A stretch of DNA of 64,000 nt, taken from contig JAKOUW010000096.1 in assembly GCA_029782365.1 (NCBI GenBank), positions 587,432-651,431 on the forward strand, given 5' to 3'. The notes under the pieces were generated by a model that worked only from the letters and a program-made list of their open reading frames with translations, was not told where the DNA came from and ran no database searches. Each line of letters begins with the position of its first letter. The first letter of the stretch is position 1. The position numbers and the translations under genes are program-made. Source of the stretch: Chloroflexota bacterium. GTDB lineage: Bacteria; Chloroflexota; Anaerolineae; Anaerolineales; UBA4823. Shown one piece after another: positions 1 to 8,885 of this stretch.

Positions 1-1096
1 TCAGGCCGTGTTCGAAGCATTCCATGGCAAAAGCGATGGTGGCGCCGGTCGAAATCGAATCGAGCAGATACGAATTGCACAGCTCGTTCGCCCGGGCGAT
101 CAGCGCCAGGTCGGCCAGGCCCAGGTTCGAGCCGAAGGCCGCCACGGTTTCGTACTCTGGACCGCCGTATTCCGAAACCTTGCCGTCCACGGCGACTTCT
201 CGCTTGCAGCGCACCGCGCAGGCGTAACACGAGCGCCGGGCGGTGAGCAGTTCTTTCTCGTACGCTTCCCATTTCAAGGCATCCACCTGCTCAAAGACCC
301 CCTGGCGGAAATTGCGCGTCGGGAAGATGCCCCCGGCGTTCAAACCTTCCACCAATCCCGGTGTGCCGCGCCGCTGTAAATCCCAACTATTGGGGTGTTT
401 CTGCGCTTCCTGCGAGAGCCTTTTGCCCAAAGCTTGCAGTCCGGCCGCGTCTTGCGCCAGGCTGAGGTAGCGCTGGTGGCCGCGCACGGCCACCGCCCGC
501 AGATTCTTCGAACCCATCACCGCTCCCATGCCGTTGCGGCCGTTGAAATGCCGCAGGTCATTCGTCACGCAGGCGTAGCGCACCAGGTTTTCCCCCGCCC
601 GGCCAATCTGCAGCACCCGGATTTTGTCGTCGCCCAGCTCACTGCGGATCTGCTCCTGCACATCCGCCGGAGAATGCCCCCACAGGTGTTCGGCTGTGCG
701 CAGTTCCGCCTGGCCGTCTTGAATCCACAGATACACCGGGCGCTCCGACCGGCCGCTGATCAGGACGGCCTCGAACCCGGCCATTTTCAGCTCTGGTCCC
801 CAAAAGCCGCCCGCCTCCGATTCGCCGTAAGCGTTGGTCAGCGGCGAGCGCGCTGAGATGACATAGCGCGTGGCGGTGGAGACCGGCGAGCCTGTCAGCA
901 GTCCGTTGGCAATGACCAGTAGGTTTTGCGGTCCGAGTGGATCAACATGCGCCGGCGTCTCTTTCAGCAGAAAATATCCGGCCAACGCTTTGCCGCCGGG
1001 GTAAAGCCGGTAAAAATCATCATCGATTTCTTCGCTGCTGATGCGGCCGGCTGTCAGGTCGACGCGCAGCAGGCGGTTGGTGCTTCCGTATGCCAT
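1..1096 (-). CDS. aldehyde:ferredoxin oxidoreductase (tungsten/molybdopterin AOR family), N-terminal ~365 aa; C-terminus lies beyond the left edge
   Basis: My own translation of the minus strand from ATG 1096 (absent from the track because there is no stop in the window): MAYGSTNRLLRVDLTAGRISSEEIDDDFYRLYPGGKALAGYFLL...GRNGMGAVMGSKNLRAVAV...CYACAVRCKR...GPEYETVAAFGSNLG...DSISTGATIAFAMECFEHGL. This is colinear with Pyrococcus-type AOR as I remember it. AAGGAGAG Shine-Dalgarno lies just upstream. The start is 2 nt after the stop of the upstream gene. Confidence 0.85.
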   Translation of the reverse strand, partial: MAYGSTNRLLRVDLTAGRISSEEIDDDFYRLYPGGKALAGYFLLKETPAHVDPLGPQNLLVIANGLLTGSPVSTATRYVISARSPLTNAYGESEAGGFWGPELKMAGFEAVLISGRSERPVYLWIQDGQAELRTAEHLWGHSPADVQEQIRSELGDDKIRVLQIGRAGENLVRYACVTNDLRHFNGRNGMGAVMGSKNLRAVAVRGHQRYLSLAQDAAGLQALGKRLSQEAQKHPNSWDLQRRGTPGLVEGLNAGGIFPTRNFRQGVFEQVDALKWEAYEKELLTARRSCYACAVRCKREVAVDGKVSEYGGPEYETVAAFGSNLGLADLALIARANELCNSYLLDSISTGATIAFAMECFEHGL

Positions 1097-1098
1097 GG

Positions 1099-1989
1099 TT
1101 ACTCTCCTTGGGAGCTGGAGTCTGCTGGGAATTGAATTTGGCGGATTGGGTTTTCCAGGCGGCCGATGCTCTCAATTTCGGAAACCAGCATATCTCCATC
1201 CTTAAGAAACACAGGGGGCTTGCGCGACATCCCCACCCCGGCCGGGGTGCCGGTGGCGATCAGGTCACCGGGCTCCAGGGTGAACGCCTGGCTCAAATCG
1301 GCAACCAGGTGCGCTACCCCGAAGATCATCTCGGCGGTAGATGAGTCTTGCATCACCGCTCCATTGACACTGCAGCGCAGCCGCAGGGCCTGCGGGTTGG
1401 CAATTTCTGAGCGGGTGACAATGCACGGTCCAACCGGGCAAAAAGTGTCCAGGCTCTTGGAGCGCACCCACTGCCCATCTGAGAACTGCAGATCTCGTGC
1501 AGAGATATCGTTGACAATCGTGTAACCAAACACGTACTCCAATGCTCGCTCTTCAGGCACGTTGCGGGCGCGTCGTCCGATGACAACCCCCAGCTCGCAC
1601 TCAAAATCCACCTGCTGTGTGAGGCGCGGGTCAAAACACACTGCCTGCCGCGGCCCGGCCAGGCTAGAAACGAACTTTGCAAACACCAATGGGCGCACCG
1701 GCACTGGCAGGTTGGCTTCCAGGCAGTGGTCACGGTAATTCAAGCCGATGGCGGCAACCTTGCCTGGTCTGGTGAGCGGACTGAGCAGCTCGATCTCACC
1801 CATGTTGAATGCGTGATTCTCGCTCTCACCCGCCAGCCATTCCGCGAGCTCTTCGTGCACCTCAGGCCAGGCAGCGATCATATCCAACATATCAGCCGGG
1901 AAGCGCTGCGCAGGCACGGGAATCACCCGCTCACCTCGCCAGATCCCCAGGCAGACACGTCCTTCGTATCGATAGGTAACAAGTTTCAT
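1099..1989 (-). CDS. fumarylacetoacetate hydrolase (FAH) family protein (2-keto-4-pentenoate hydratase / diketo-acid hydrolase type)
   Basis: 296-aa ORF. MKLVTYRYEGR...IGLNYRDH...FECELGVVIG...VFGYTIVNDISARD...GDLIATGTPAGVG is the typical FAH-family C-terminal domain pattern. Confidence 0.85.
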   Translation of the reverse strand: MKLVTYRYEGRVCLGIWRGERVIPVPAQRFPADMLDMIAAWPEVHEELAEWLAGESENHAFNMGEIELLSPLTRPGKVAAIGLNYRDHCLEANLPVPVRPLVFAKFVSSLAGPRQAVCFDPRLTQQVDFECELGVVIGRRARNVPEERALEYVFGYTIVNDISARDLQFSDGQWVRSKSLDTFCPVGPCIVTRSEIANPQALRLRCSVNGAVMQDSSTAEMIFGVAHLVADLSQAFTLEPGDLIATGTPAGVGMSRKPPVFLKDGDMLVSEIESIGRLENPIRQIQFPADSSSQGE

Positions 1990-2030
1990 TCGTCCGCTCG
2001 TTTCACCAGGATATCTCGCCTCAATTTATA

Positions 2031-3563
2031 TCACAATGTAGCGCCGAAATGCCAGGGAGCGAATTCGTCTTCGCCGTACCCGAGCAACTCGCTTTTTGTT
2101 CGTCTTCCGGAAGCCGTTTCCACCAGCAGTTGATATATCTGCTCTCCAATCTCTGCCAGGCTTGCCCGTCCATCTGCGATTTGACCGCAGTTCAAATCCA
2201 TATCATCCAGCATGCGTTCATACAGCGGCGTGTTGGTCGCCAGCTTCAGGCTGGGAACCGGCTTGCAGCCGAAGCAAGAACCGCGACCAGTGGTAAAACA
2301 CACCAGGTTGGCGCCGCCCGCCACCTGGCCAGTGACCGACACCGGGTCGAACCCTGGTGTGTCCATAAAAACCAGGCCACGTTTATCCACCTGTTCAGCG
2401 TAATTGTACACCGCCTGCAGCGCGCTGCGCCCGCCCTTGGCAACCGCCCCCAGCGATTTTTCAAGGATAGTGGTGATGCCGCCAGTTTTGTTACCGGGCG
2501 CGGGGTTGTTGTCCAACGTTTCCTGGTGTTGTGCGGCATAACTTTGCCACCAATCCAACAGCTCCAGCAGTCTCAGACCGACAGATTGGTTAACCGCCCG
2601 GCTGAGCAAAATATTTTCAGCTCCGTAAATCTCGGGCGTTTCGCTCAAGATCGACGTGCCTCCCTTTTTGACCAGGATGTCGGACGCTACTCCAAGCGCC
2701 GGGTTGGCCGTAAGTGCCGAAAATCCGTCCGAACCGCCGCACTGCAGGCCGAGCTTCAACCGCGACACGGACAGCGGTTGGCGCACAACCTCGTTTGCCA
2801 TAGGCAGGAGCGACTGAATATATTCAACGCCAGCGCGGACAGCCGCACGCGTCCCACCTAATTCCTGGATGTAAAAGCTTTTCAGCCGCTCCGAGGCTTC
2901 TAACCCCGCCTCTTCAAACAGCCGTTTGTGTTGGTTGTCCTCGCAACCCAATCCCACGATGAGCAGTGCGTAGAAATTCGGGTGGCGGGCAAAACCGGCC
3001 AGAGTGCGGCGCAGCAGATTGATGGCAGGACCTTCTTCGCCAGCGGCACAGCCGCTCTTGTGGGTTAAGGCCACCACGCCGTCTACATTCGGATAGGCCG
3101 CCAGGGTTTGATCTCCTTTGAACTGATCTGCGATCAACCGCGCTGTGGTGGCAGAGCAGTTGACAGACGTCAGCACCCCGATATAATTGCGGGTCGCGGC
3201 CTGACCGTCCGGTCGCAAAATCCCCATAAATGTATCTGGGCTGTCTTCTTGCCTGGTCGGAAACGCCTGGCGTTTCTCCTGAATTTCAGCCAAATGCCCA
3301 CCCTGACTGGGGACAAACACCAGGTTGTGGGTGTGGATATGCTCACCGGGCTGAATATCACGGCTCGCCAAGCCAATCACCTGACCAAATTTTCGCACCG
3401 CCTCACCAGCCGCGATGCGCCGCAAGGCCGCCTTATGTCCGCGCGGGATTGGCTGGAACGCGCGAACATTCTGCAGGCCCAACTCATCCCCGGCTATCAG
3501 GTCGCGCAAGGCGACTGCCAGTGGATCATCCTCATGTAATCGCAGCACAGCGGGTGGCACCAT
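2031..3563 (-). CDS. UxaA-family sugar-acid dehydratase (altronate/galactarate dehydratase-like)
   Basis: N-terminal SAF-like segment (LRLHEDDPLAVALRDLIAGDEL...IPRGHKAALRRIAAGE) followed by a UxaA-type catalytic region (GVLTSVNCSAT...GLGCE...LQCGGSDGFSALTANPALG...GRGS). The track ORF extends to 3665. I chose Met at 3563 because the upstream gene stops at 3583 and homologs begin near the SAF segment. Confidence 0.85.
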   Translation of the reverse strand: MVPPAVLRLHEDDPLAVALRDLIAGDELGLQNVRAFQPIPRGHKAALRRIAAGEAVRKFGQVIGLASRDIQPGEHIHTHNLVFVPSQGGHLAEIQEKRQAFPTRQEDSPDTFMGILRPDGQAATRNYIGVLTSVNCSATTARLIADQFKGDQTLAAYPNVDGVVALTHKSGCAAGEEGPAINLLRRTLAGFARHPNFYALLIVGLGCEDNQHKRLFEEAGLEASERLKSFYIQELGGTRAAVRAGVEYIQSLLPMANEVVRQPLSVSRLKLGLQCGGSDGFSALTANPALGVASDILVKKGGTSILSETPEIYGAENILLSRAVNQSVGLRLLELLDWWQSYAAQHQETLDNNPAPGNKTGGITTILEKSLGAVAKGGRSALQAVYNYAEQVDKRGLVFMDTPGFDPVSVTGQVAGGANLVCFTTGRGSCFGCKPVPSLKLATNTPLYERMLDDMDLNCGQIADGRASLAEIGEQIYQLLVETASGRRTKSELLGYGEDEFAPWHFGATL

Positions 3564-3582
3564 GTTAACACCTAGAGTGGTT

Positions 3583-4665
3583 TTATTGACCGGGAAGCCG
3601 GAGGCCAAATCTGCTCGCCCAAGGAGCAAGCGATTCCAGCACACCCGGGTGAAGTATAACGCCATTTGCTAAACCCTGCAGCCGCCTGTGCCAGGCGGCT
3701 TGCCCGGGCAGCCGCACCGGTTTGCGAGCATCGACTGGAGGGCTTGAAAGGCAGGCCGCAGCAGTCCAATCCATCTCTGCAGTCAACTCCTCAAGGCCGG
3801 CAAACAGTTCTGGATCAATCACCTGGATGTACACACTGGCGCCCCATGTGGTCGGTTTCTGGCGGCGGCCGTACCCGCTCAACCCTTGCGAGAGCGCTTC
3901 GACCAGCCACGCCAGGGCATATCCTTTGTGACCGTGATCGCAGCCCCCTGTTGGCAAAAGTGTGCCGGGGGGGTCGCTGAATACCACCGCCGGGTCATTG
4001 GTGGGGTTTCCGGCCGCATCGAGCGCCCACTGACCAGGAAAATGATCTCCGGCACGCGCCAGGCGGGCGCTCAGCGCATTGGTGGTGATGGAAGCGCTCA
4101 TGTCGATCCAGATCGGCTCCCCGCTGGTAGGGATACCAACCGCCAGCGGGTTGGGGGTAAAAACCGCACTGCGGCCGCCGAACGGCGCCACGCTGGCTGC
4201 CGATGGGTCACTGCAGGCGATGAGGGCCATCAGCCCCTGGCCGGTGGCGCGTCCCAGATATGCTTCCAGGCAGGCAATATGATGGCTGCGCCGGATAGCC
4301 ACGCAGAACACTCCGCTTTGTCTGACCCGCTGGCAGGCCAGTTCTAACGCTTTGACCACCAGCCATGGACCTGGTAAACGCTCGCCATCCCATACAGCCA
4401 GCGCCGGGCGCTCGACAATAATTTTCGGTTGTCCGGCGGCGCACAAGCCGCCGCTTTCCAGTTCCAGCAGGTAATCGGCTGCCAGCGCCAGGCCGTGAGT
4501 GGTGTGGCCTAAAAGATCCGCTTCTACCAGGATTTCGGCCAGCACTTCTGCTTTTTCAGTCTCACAGCCGGCCGCGTGAAATAACTCTCTTGCAAAATTA
4601 ACCAGGTCTGCTGCTGGATAGGATCGAGTGGGGTTTGGATGCATTGGCTCCATCCATCTAACCAC
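3583..4665 (-). CDS. Ldh_2 family (malate/L-lactate/sulfolactate dehydrogenase-type) NAD(P)H oxidoreductase
   Basis: 360-aa ORF with HGLAL...RRSHHIACLEAY...GGCDHGHKGYALAWLVEAL motifs typical of the Ldh_2 family. The start is uncertain: GTG 4665, ATG 4653 or ATG 4644. Confidence 0.8.
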   Translation of the reverse strand: MVRWMEPMHPNPTRSYPAADLVNFARELFHAAGCETEKAEVLAEILVEADLLGHTTHGLALAADYLLELESGGLCAAGQPKIIVERPALAVWDGERLPGPWLVVKALELACQRVRQSGVFCVAIRRSHHIACLEAYLGRATGQGLMALIACSDPSAASVAPFGGRSAVFTPNPLAVGIPTSGEPIWIDMSASITTNALSARLARAGDHFPGQWALDAAGNPTNDPAVVFSDPPGTLLPTGGCDHGHKGYALAWLVEALSQGLSGYGRRQKPTTWGASVYIQVIDPELFAGLEELTAEMDWTAAACLSSPPVDARKPVRLPGQAAWHRRLQGLANGVILHPGVLESLAPWASRFGLRLPGQ

Positions 4666-5791
4666 TCAACCGGAAGCGCGTCCCCCAAATGCAGGTTACC
4701 CCATCGCTGTCCTGGGCATAGTATATTGTGAACAGGCTGCCATCGCGGCACAGAACTGTAGCTGGGTATCCCAGGTCCCTATTTGGCAGGCCATCACGAA
4801 TCACCAGGCATTGTTCGCTGTCCCAGGTGCGGCCTTCGTCTTCAGACAGCACCGCCCGGATGCTGAAAGGCGCGTAACGGTAACCATAAGTGCACATGAT
4901 GCGCCCATCAGGCAGACGCAGCAGGTGAGCCGGGTAACCGAGGATAGATGTCTGCCGAGGTTCTGACCAGGTATGCCCACTATCTTCCGAGACCGCGCTG
5001 TGCAGGTAATGCGTGATGTTATCGCGCAGCATTAACAACAGCCTGCGTTCATCCAAAGCCAACATCGCCGGTTCTTCCAGTTCTCGGCCAGCCAGGCGCG
5101 CCGCTTCTTGAGGCGCACTCCATGTGCGCCCTCCGTCGTTGGAGCGCACGACAAACACAACCTTGTAATTCGGCACATCGCACAGCGGCAGCACGATCTC
5201 ACCGCTGGCAAGTTCGACGCCGCCGCGCATATTGTAGCCGCCCGAGTAAGGTGCAGTTTCAACCCTGGCTGTGTGATCCCAGGTGCGGCCGCCGTCTGTC
5301 GAGCGGTGAACGTACGCCGCGCCGCCGCTGCGCGCCCAAGGTGCGTATTCGGCCATTTCGGCTGGAAGGGCATCCGAGGTTGGCACTTCCCCACCAGATT
5401 TCAATTCCGCCGCCCAATCCTGTGGAAACGAGAACTCCTGGCTGCTTGCCAGCTTATGGGCAGTTTCCAGAGGATACCAGTTGAAGCGCCACTGGTTCAA
5501 GAGCAAAGCGCCATCGCGCAGCGCGGTCAGGCCGGCGCATTCAACGCCGTGCCATTCATATCCAGGCGTCACGCGCGGCGTATTCCAGGTGCGGCCTTCA
5601 TCTTTCGAGCGGATCATCAAGTTGTAAAATTGCGGGTCATTGGGTGGGTGCAAGATAATCGGCCGCCGCATCACCTGGTTGAAAACCGCCACCCACTCGC
5701 CATTCGCCAGCGCGCTGATAAAGGCATGCGCACTGTAAGCATATGGGTTTTTATGAATCAAACTGTGGCTGGCTTCCTGAATCATTTTCAA
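4658..5791 (-). CDS. BNR/Asp-box repeat beta-propeller protein (sialidase-superfamily-like), cytoplasmic
   Basis: Five Asp-box motifs (SKDEGRTW, STDGGRTW, SNDGGRTW, SEDSGHTW, SEDEGRTW). No signal peptide. The start is TTG 5791 (4-nt overlap with the upstream stop) or ATG 5785. Confidence 0.8.
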   Translation of the reverse strand: MKMIQEASHSLIHKNPYAYSAHAFISALANGEWVAVFNQVMRRPIILHPPNDPQFYNLMIRSKDEGRTWNTPRVTPGYEWHGVECAGLTALRDGALLLNQWRFNWYPLETAHKLASSQEFSFPQDWAAELKSGGEVPTSDALPAEMAEYAPWARSGGAAYVHRSTDGGRTWDHTARVETAPYSGGYNMRGGVELASGEIVLPLCDVPNYKVVFVVRSNDGGRTWSAPQEAARLAGRELEEPAMLALDERRLLLMLRDNITHYLHSAVSEDSGHTWSEPRQTSILGYPAHLLRLPDGRIMCTYGYRYAPFSIRAVLSEDEGRTWDSEQCLVIRDGLPNRDLGYPATVLCRDGSLFTIYYAQDSDGVTCIWGTRFRLSG

Positions 5792-7008
5792 TCCGCCAGC
5801 TCAAACCGGGTGCATAAAACCTGCTGGATCGGGTTGTCGTCAGCAGTCCATTCATGGTAACCTGCCAGCAGGCTGCCGTCGCCTAGCTGAACAACGCTGG
5901 GGTAGCCGATATGCTGATACAGGCCGGGGTTGCGCCAGTTGATGCCCCCGCCGCGCATCCGCCCGCTGGTGGGATCCATCATGGTCGATGCCGGCTGATC
6001 GCTTGCATGCTGACCGGGCACACCTCCCAGGCGAATGACAAATTCGTTCTTTACATCCCAATGCAAACCATCGTCAGAAATGATGGCCCGCACGCCGTAC
6101 GGCGGTCGGCGGTAGCCGTAAATCATCAGGTAACGCCCATCCTGAAGCGGTGTCAGCTCGGCCGGGTAGCCCCAAATGTTGGTCCATTTGGGTGGTGTCC
6201 ACGAAAAGCCATTGTCTTCCGAGACGATCATCACCATATTCTTGGCATCACCGCTGGGGTTGACATGCGTGCGCAGGAAACACACCAGGCGCCCGTCAGC
6301 CAGGCGCAGCAGCGCCGGTTCTTCATAATCGATGATGCTGGCGGGGTCATACGCCAGCGTTGAATAATATTCCCAGTTCTCCCCGCCATCATCGGAGCGG
6401 ATCAGCGCCGAACGGGTGGACTCTCCTTCGCCCTCCTCGCCGTAACCCCGAATGCGCCCATACACACCCAATAAGATCGATCCGTCCGGCAGAGGCCAGC
6501 ACCCCAGGCGGGTGCCGGCGTGTTTGAGCGGCAGCACATTGATCGGGATCGGCGCGCTCCAGCTCAAGCCGCCATCCTGTGATTTGAGGGCGTATGTTCC
6601 AATCCAATTACGCAGACGGTAAGCCCAGGTCCAATCGCCCCATTCGGTGGTCAGCGGTTCGGAAGACCAGGAGGGCTGCTCCGGTCGCACGCCGCGTTTG
6701 AAGAAGGCGCAGATCGTCAGGCTGATGAGCAGTTCACCGTTCGCCAGCTCGGCGATGCCACAGTCCCAGTTGCCGGTCGTTGGGGTGAACGGCAGCACCA
6801 CCTGGTAATCACGCCAGGTATGGCCGTTATCATCCGAACGCATCAGCACAGTCTGGCCGGTGTCATGATGGTAAGGAAACCGCTCCTCATTAAAAACAGC
6901 CAGCACTTGCCCATTGGCGCGTTGTTTCAACACGACCTGGTTTACACAGCGCGCCAGGCTTGGGTCTTTGTAGATCGTTGTATGTGAGACGTTCTTTATA
7001 GTGGTCAT
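5788..7008 (-). CDS. BNR/Asp-box repeat beta-propeller protein (sialidase-superfamily-like), cytoplasmic paralog
   Basis: Asp-boxes SDDNGHTW, SQDGGLSW, SDDGGENW, SEDNGFSW and a degenerate SDDGLHW. No signal peptide. AAGGAA SD lies upstream of ATG 7008. Confidence 0.8.
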   Translation of the reverse strand: MTTIKNVSHTTIYKDPSLARCVNQVVLKQRANGQVLAVFNEERFPYHHDTGQTVLMRSDDNGHTWRDYQVVLPFTPTTGNWDCGIAELANGELLISLTICAFFKRGVRPEQPSWSSEPLTTEWGDWTWAYRLRNWIGTYALKSQDGGLSWSAPIPINVLPLKHAGTRLGCWPLPDGSILLGVYGRIRGYGEEGEGESTRSALIRSDDGGENWEYYSTLAYDPASIIDYEEPALLRLADGRLVCFLRTHVNPSGDAKNMVMIVSEDNGFSWTPPKWTNIWGYPAELTPLQDGRYLMIYGYRRPPYGVRAIISDDGLHWDVKNEFVIRLGGVPGQHASDQPASTMMDPTSGRMRGGGINWRNPGLYQHIGYPSVVQLGDGSLLAGYHEWTADDNPIQQVLCTRFELAD

Positions 7009-7024
7009 TTATTCCTTGATTGCA

Positions 7025-7891
7025 TCAACCTTTTATGCCGGTGCGTGTGACCCCTTCGATGAAATAATTTTGTAAGAAGATGAACAGCAGGACGCTGGGT
7101 ATGGTCAACAGAGTAACACCAGCCATCGCAGGGCCAAAGCCTTCGATTTGAGTGTGAGCGCCGATCACAGGGGCATACATCGCCAGGCCAACCGGCATCG
7201 TCTTCATTTTATCGGTGAAGGTGATCAACAACGGCCACAAAAACGCATTCCAGTTGGCCGTGAATAACAAGATTGTCGTGGCGATGGCCGGTGAGCGCGC
7301 TAAAGGCAGCGCCACCAGGCTGAAAATTTGGAAGCGGTTGGCGCCATCGATGGCGGCGGCGTCTTCCAACTCGGCCGGCAAGCTGAGAAAGAACTGCCGG
7401 AAGATATATACCGAAATCACGCTGGCTACCGAGGGCAGAATAATGGCAGGGTAGTTATCCACCAGGCCGACTTTCAAAAAGGCTATGAACAACGGAATGA
7501 TGGACATTTCGGTCGGTATCATCAGCGAGGCCAGCAGCAACCCAAACAACAATCCTTTGCCAGGGAAATGCAGGCGCGCCAGGGCAAACCCGGCCATGGC
7601 GCCCAGCCCCACCCCGAAGGCTGTGGCGGTGACGGCCACGATCAGGCTGTTCAGCGCCCAACTGGCAATCGGCGACTCGAACACCTTGGCGTAATTGCTC
7701 AGCACCCAGGTGTGCGGCAGCCACTCCACATAAGGCGTCATCACTTCCTTGGGCGGTTTGAACGAGGTGCTGACCATCCAAATGAAGGGAGCGATCCAAA
7801 ATGCGGCGAAGAGCAGGCCGGTCAGCCAGATGGGAATATCGATCAGCGCCATTTTACGGGCGCGCAGCGCTCTCCGCAGGCTTATCAACAT
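7025..7891 (-). CDS. carbohydrate ABC transporter permease (CUT1, MalG-like)
   Basis: 288 aa, multi-pass, with an EAA-loop-like segment (ELEDAAAIDGANRFQIFSLVALPLA). Confidence 0.9.
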   Translation of the reverse strand: MLISLRRALRARKMALIDIPIWLTGLLFAAFWIAPFIWMVSTSFKPPKEVMTPYVEWLPHTWVLSNYAKVFESPIASWALNSLIVAVTATAFGVGLGAMAGFALARLHFPGKGLLFGLLLASLMIPTEMSIIPLFIAFLKVGLVDNYPAIILPSVASVISVYIFRQFFLSLPAELEDAAAIDGANRFQIFSLVALPLARSPAIATTILLFTANWNAFLWPLLITFTDKMKTMPVGLAMYAPVIGAHTQIEGFGPAMAGVTLLTIPSVLLFIFLQNYFIEGVTRTGIKG

Positions 7892-7892
7892 A

Positions 7893-8804
7893 TCAATCTT
7901 TCTCCCGGATGAATTTGAGCTGGGCCAGCGTGATCACCAGAATGACCAGGAACAGCATCAGGGATAGCGCAGAAGCAAATCCGAGGTGATTCCTCGAAAC
8001 GCCGGTCCGGTAAATATAATAAATCACCGACATCGAAGCGCTGGCTGGTCCGCCATCGGTCATCACCAGCACCTGGCTAAAAATGCGCAGTGTGGTGATC
8101 AACTGCAAAGTGATCACCATGCTCAGCGTTGGACGAATGAGCGGCAGGATGACATACCGAAACACTTGCCAGCGGTTCGCACCATCCAGGGCTGCCGCCT
8201 CTTTTTGTTCGTTATCTACTTCCTGCAGCGCAGCCAAGAACAAGACAAAGGCCAGGCCGGTATCCCACCAAACCGAAGCCAGGCTGACCCCAAAGATTGA
8301 CCACTGCGGGCTGGTCAGCCAGGGAATGGAGATACCCAAGTATTGGTTGATCACCCCGAATTTTGTGTCCAGCATCCACACCCACACCAGAGCGATCACC
8401 GTCGCCGAGACCACGTTCGGCGCATAAAAGGCGGTGCGGGCGAAGATATAACCAGGCCAGCGCTGGTTGACATACAAAGCGAAAAGCAGCCCCAGGATGA
8501 CGACACTGGGGACAATCATCAGCGCATAGCGCAGGGTGTTCCAGAAGGCAATCCACACCTGTTCATCGGCGAACACATCCTGAAAGTTTTGCAAACCCAC
8601 CCACTGCGGCGCGCCAACAATCCCCCATTTGGTGAACGCTACATACGCCCCAAACAGCACCGCGCCAACTGTGAAGAGCAGGAACGGCACAACAAACGGT
8701 AGGATGAACACATAAGCCGACCAGTGGATCGCTTTTCCTTGCCAGCGCAGCCTGGAAAAAATGTTTTGTCGATTGGAGAGCGGATGGACCTGCATAACGA
8801 TCAA
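7893..8804 (-). CDS. carbohydrate ABC transporter permease (CUT1, MalF-like)
   Basis: 303 aa, multi-pass, with EAA loop (QKEAAALDGANRWQVFRYVILPLIRP). There is a 1-nt gap to the downstream permease gene. Confidence 0.9.
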   Translation of the reverse strand: MIVMQVHPLSNRQNIFSRLRWQGKAIHWSAYVFILPFVVPFLLFTVGAVLFGAYVAFTKWGIVGAPQWVGLQNFQDVFADEQVWIAFWNTLRYALMIVPSVVILGLLFALYVNQRWPGYIFARTAFYAPNVVSATVIALVWVWMLDTKFGVINQYLGISIPWLTSPQWSIFGVSLASVWWDTGLAFVLFLAALQEVDNEQKEAAALDGANRWQVFRYVILPLIRPTLSMVITLQLITTLRIFSQVLVMTDGGPASASMSVIYYIYRTGVSRNHLGFASALSLMLFLVILVITLAQLKFIREKD

Positions 8805-8885
8805 ACCTTGCCTTCAATTTAACAATCGAGAGGCGGGTGGGAGGTGATTTCCTCCCACCCGCACTGAGCATCGCAAATCTTGGCT

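Noticed and set aside
8-856. Several plus-strand ORFs at the left edge (8-379, 243-470, 395-856)
   Set aside because: They are Arg/Ala/Gly-rich shadow frames antisense to the clearly recognisable AOR-family gene on the minus strand.
3564-3665. 34-codon N-terminal extension of the UxaA-type ORF
   Set aside because: It would overlap the upstream Ldh2 gene (stop at 3583) and has no homolog-like sequence. The Met at 3563 immediately precedes the SAF segment.
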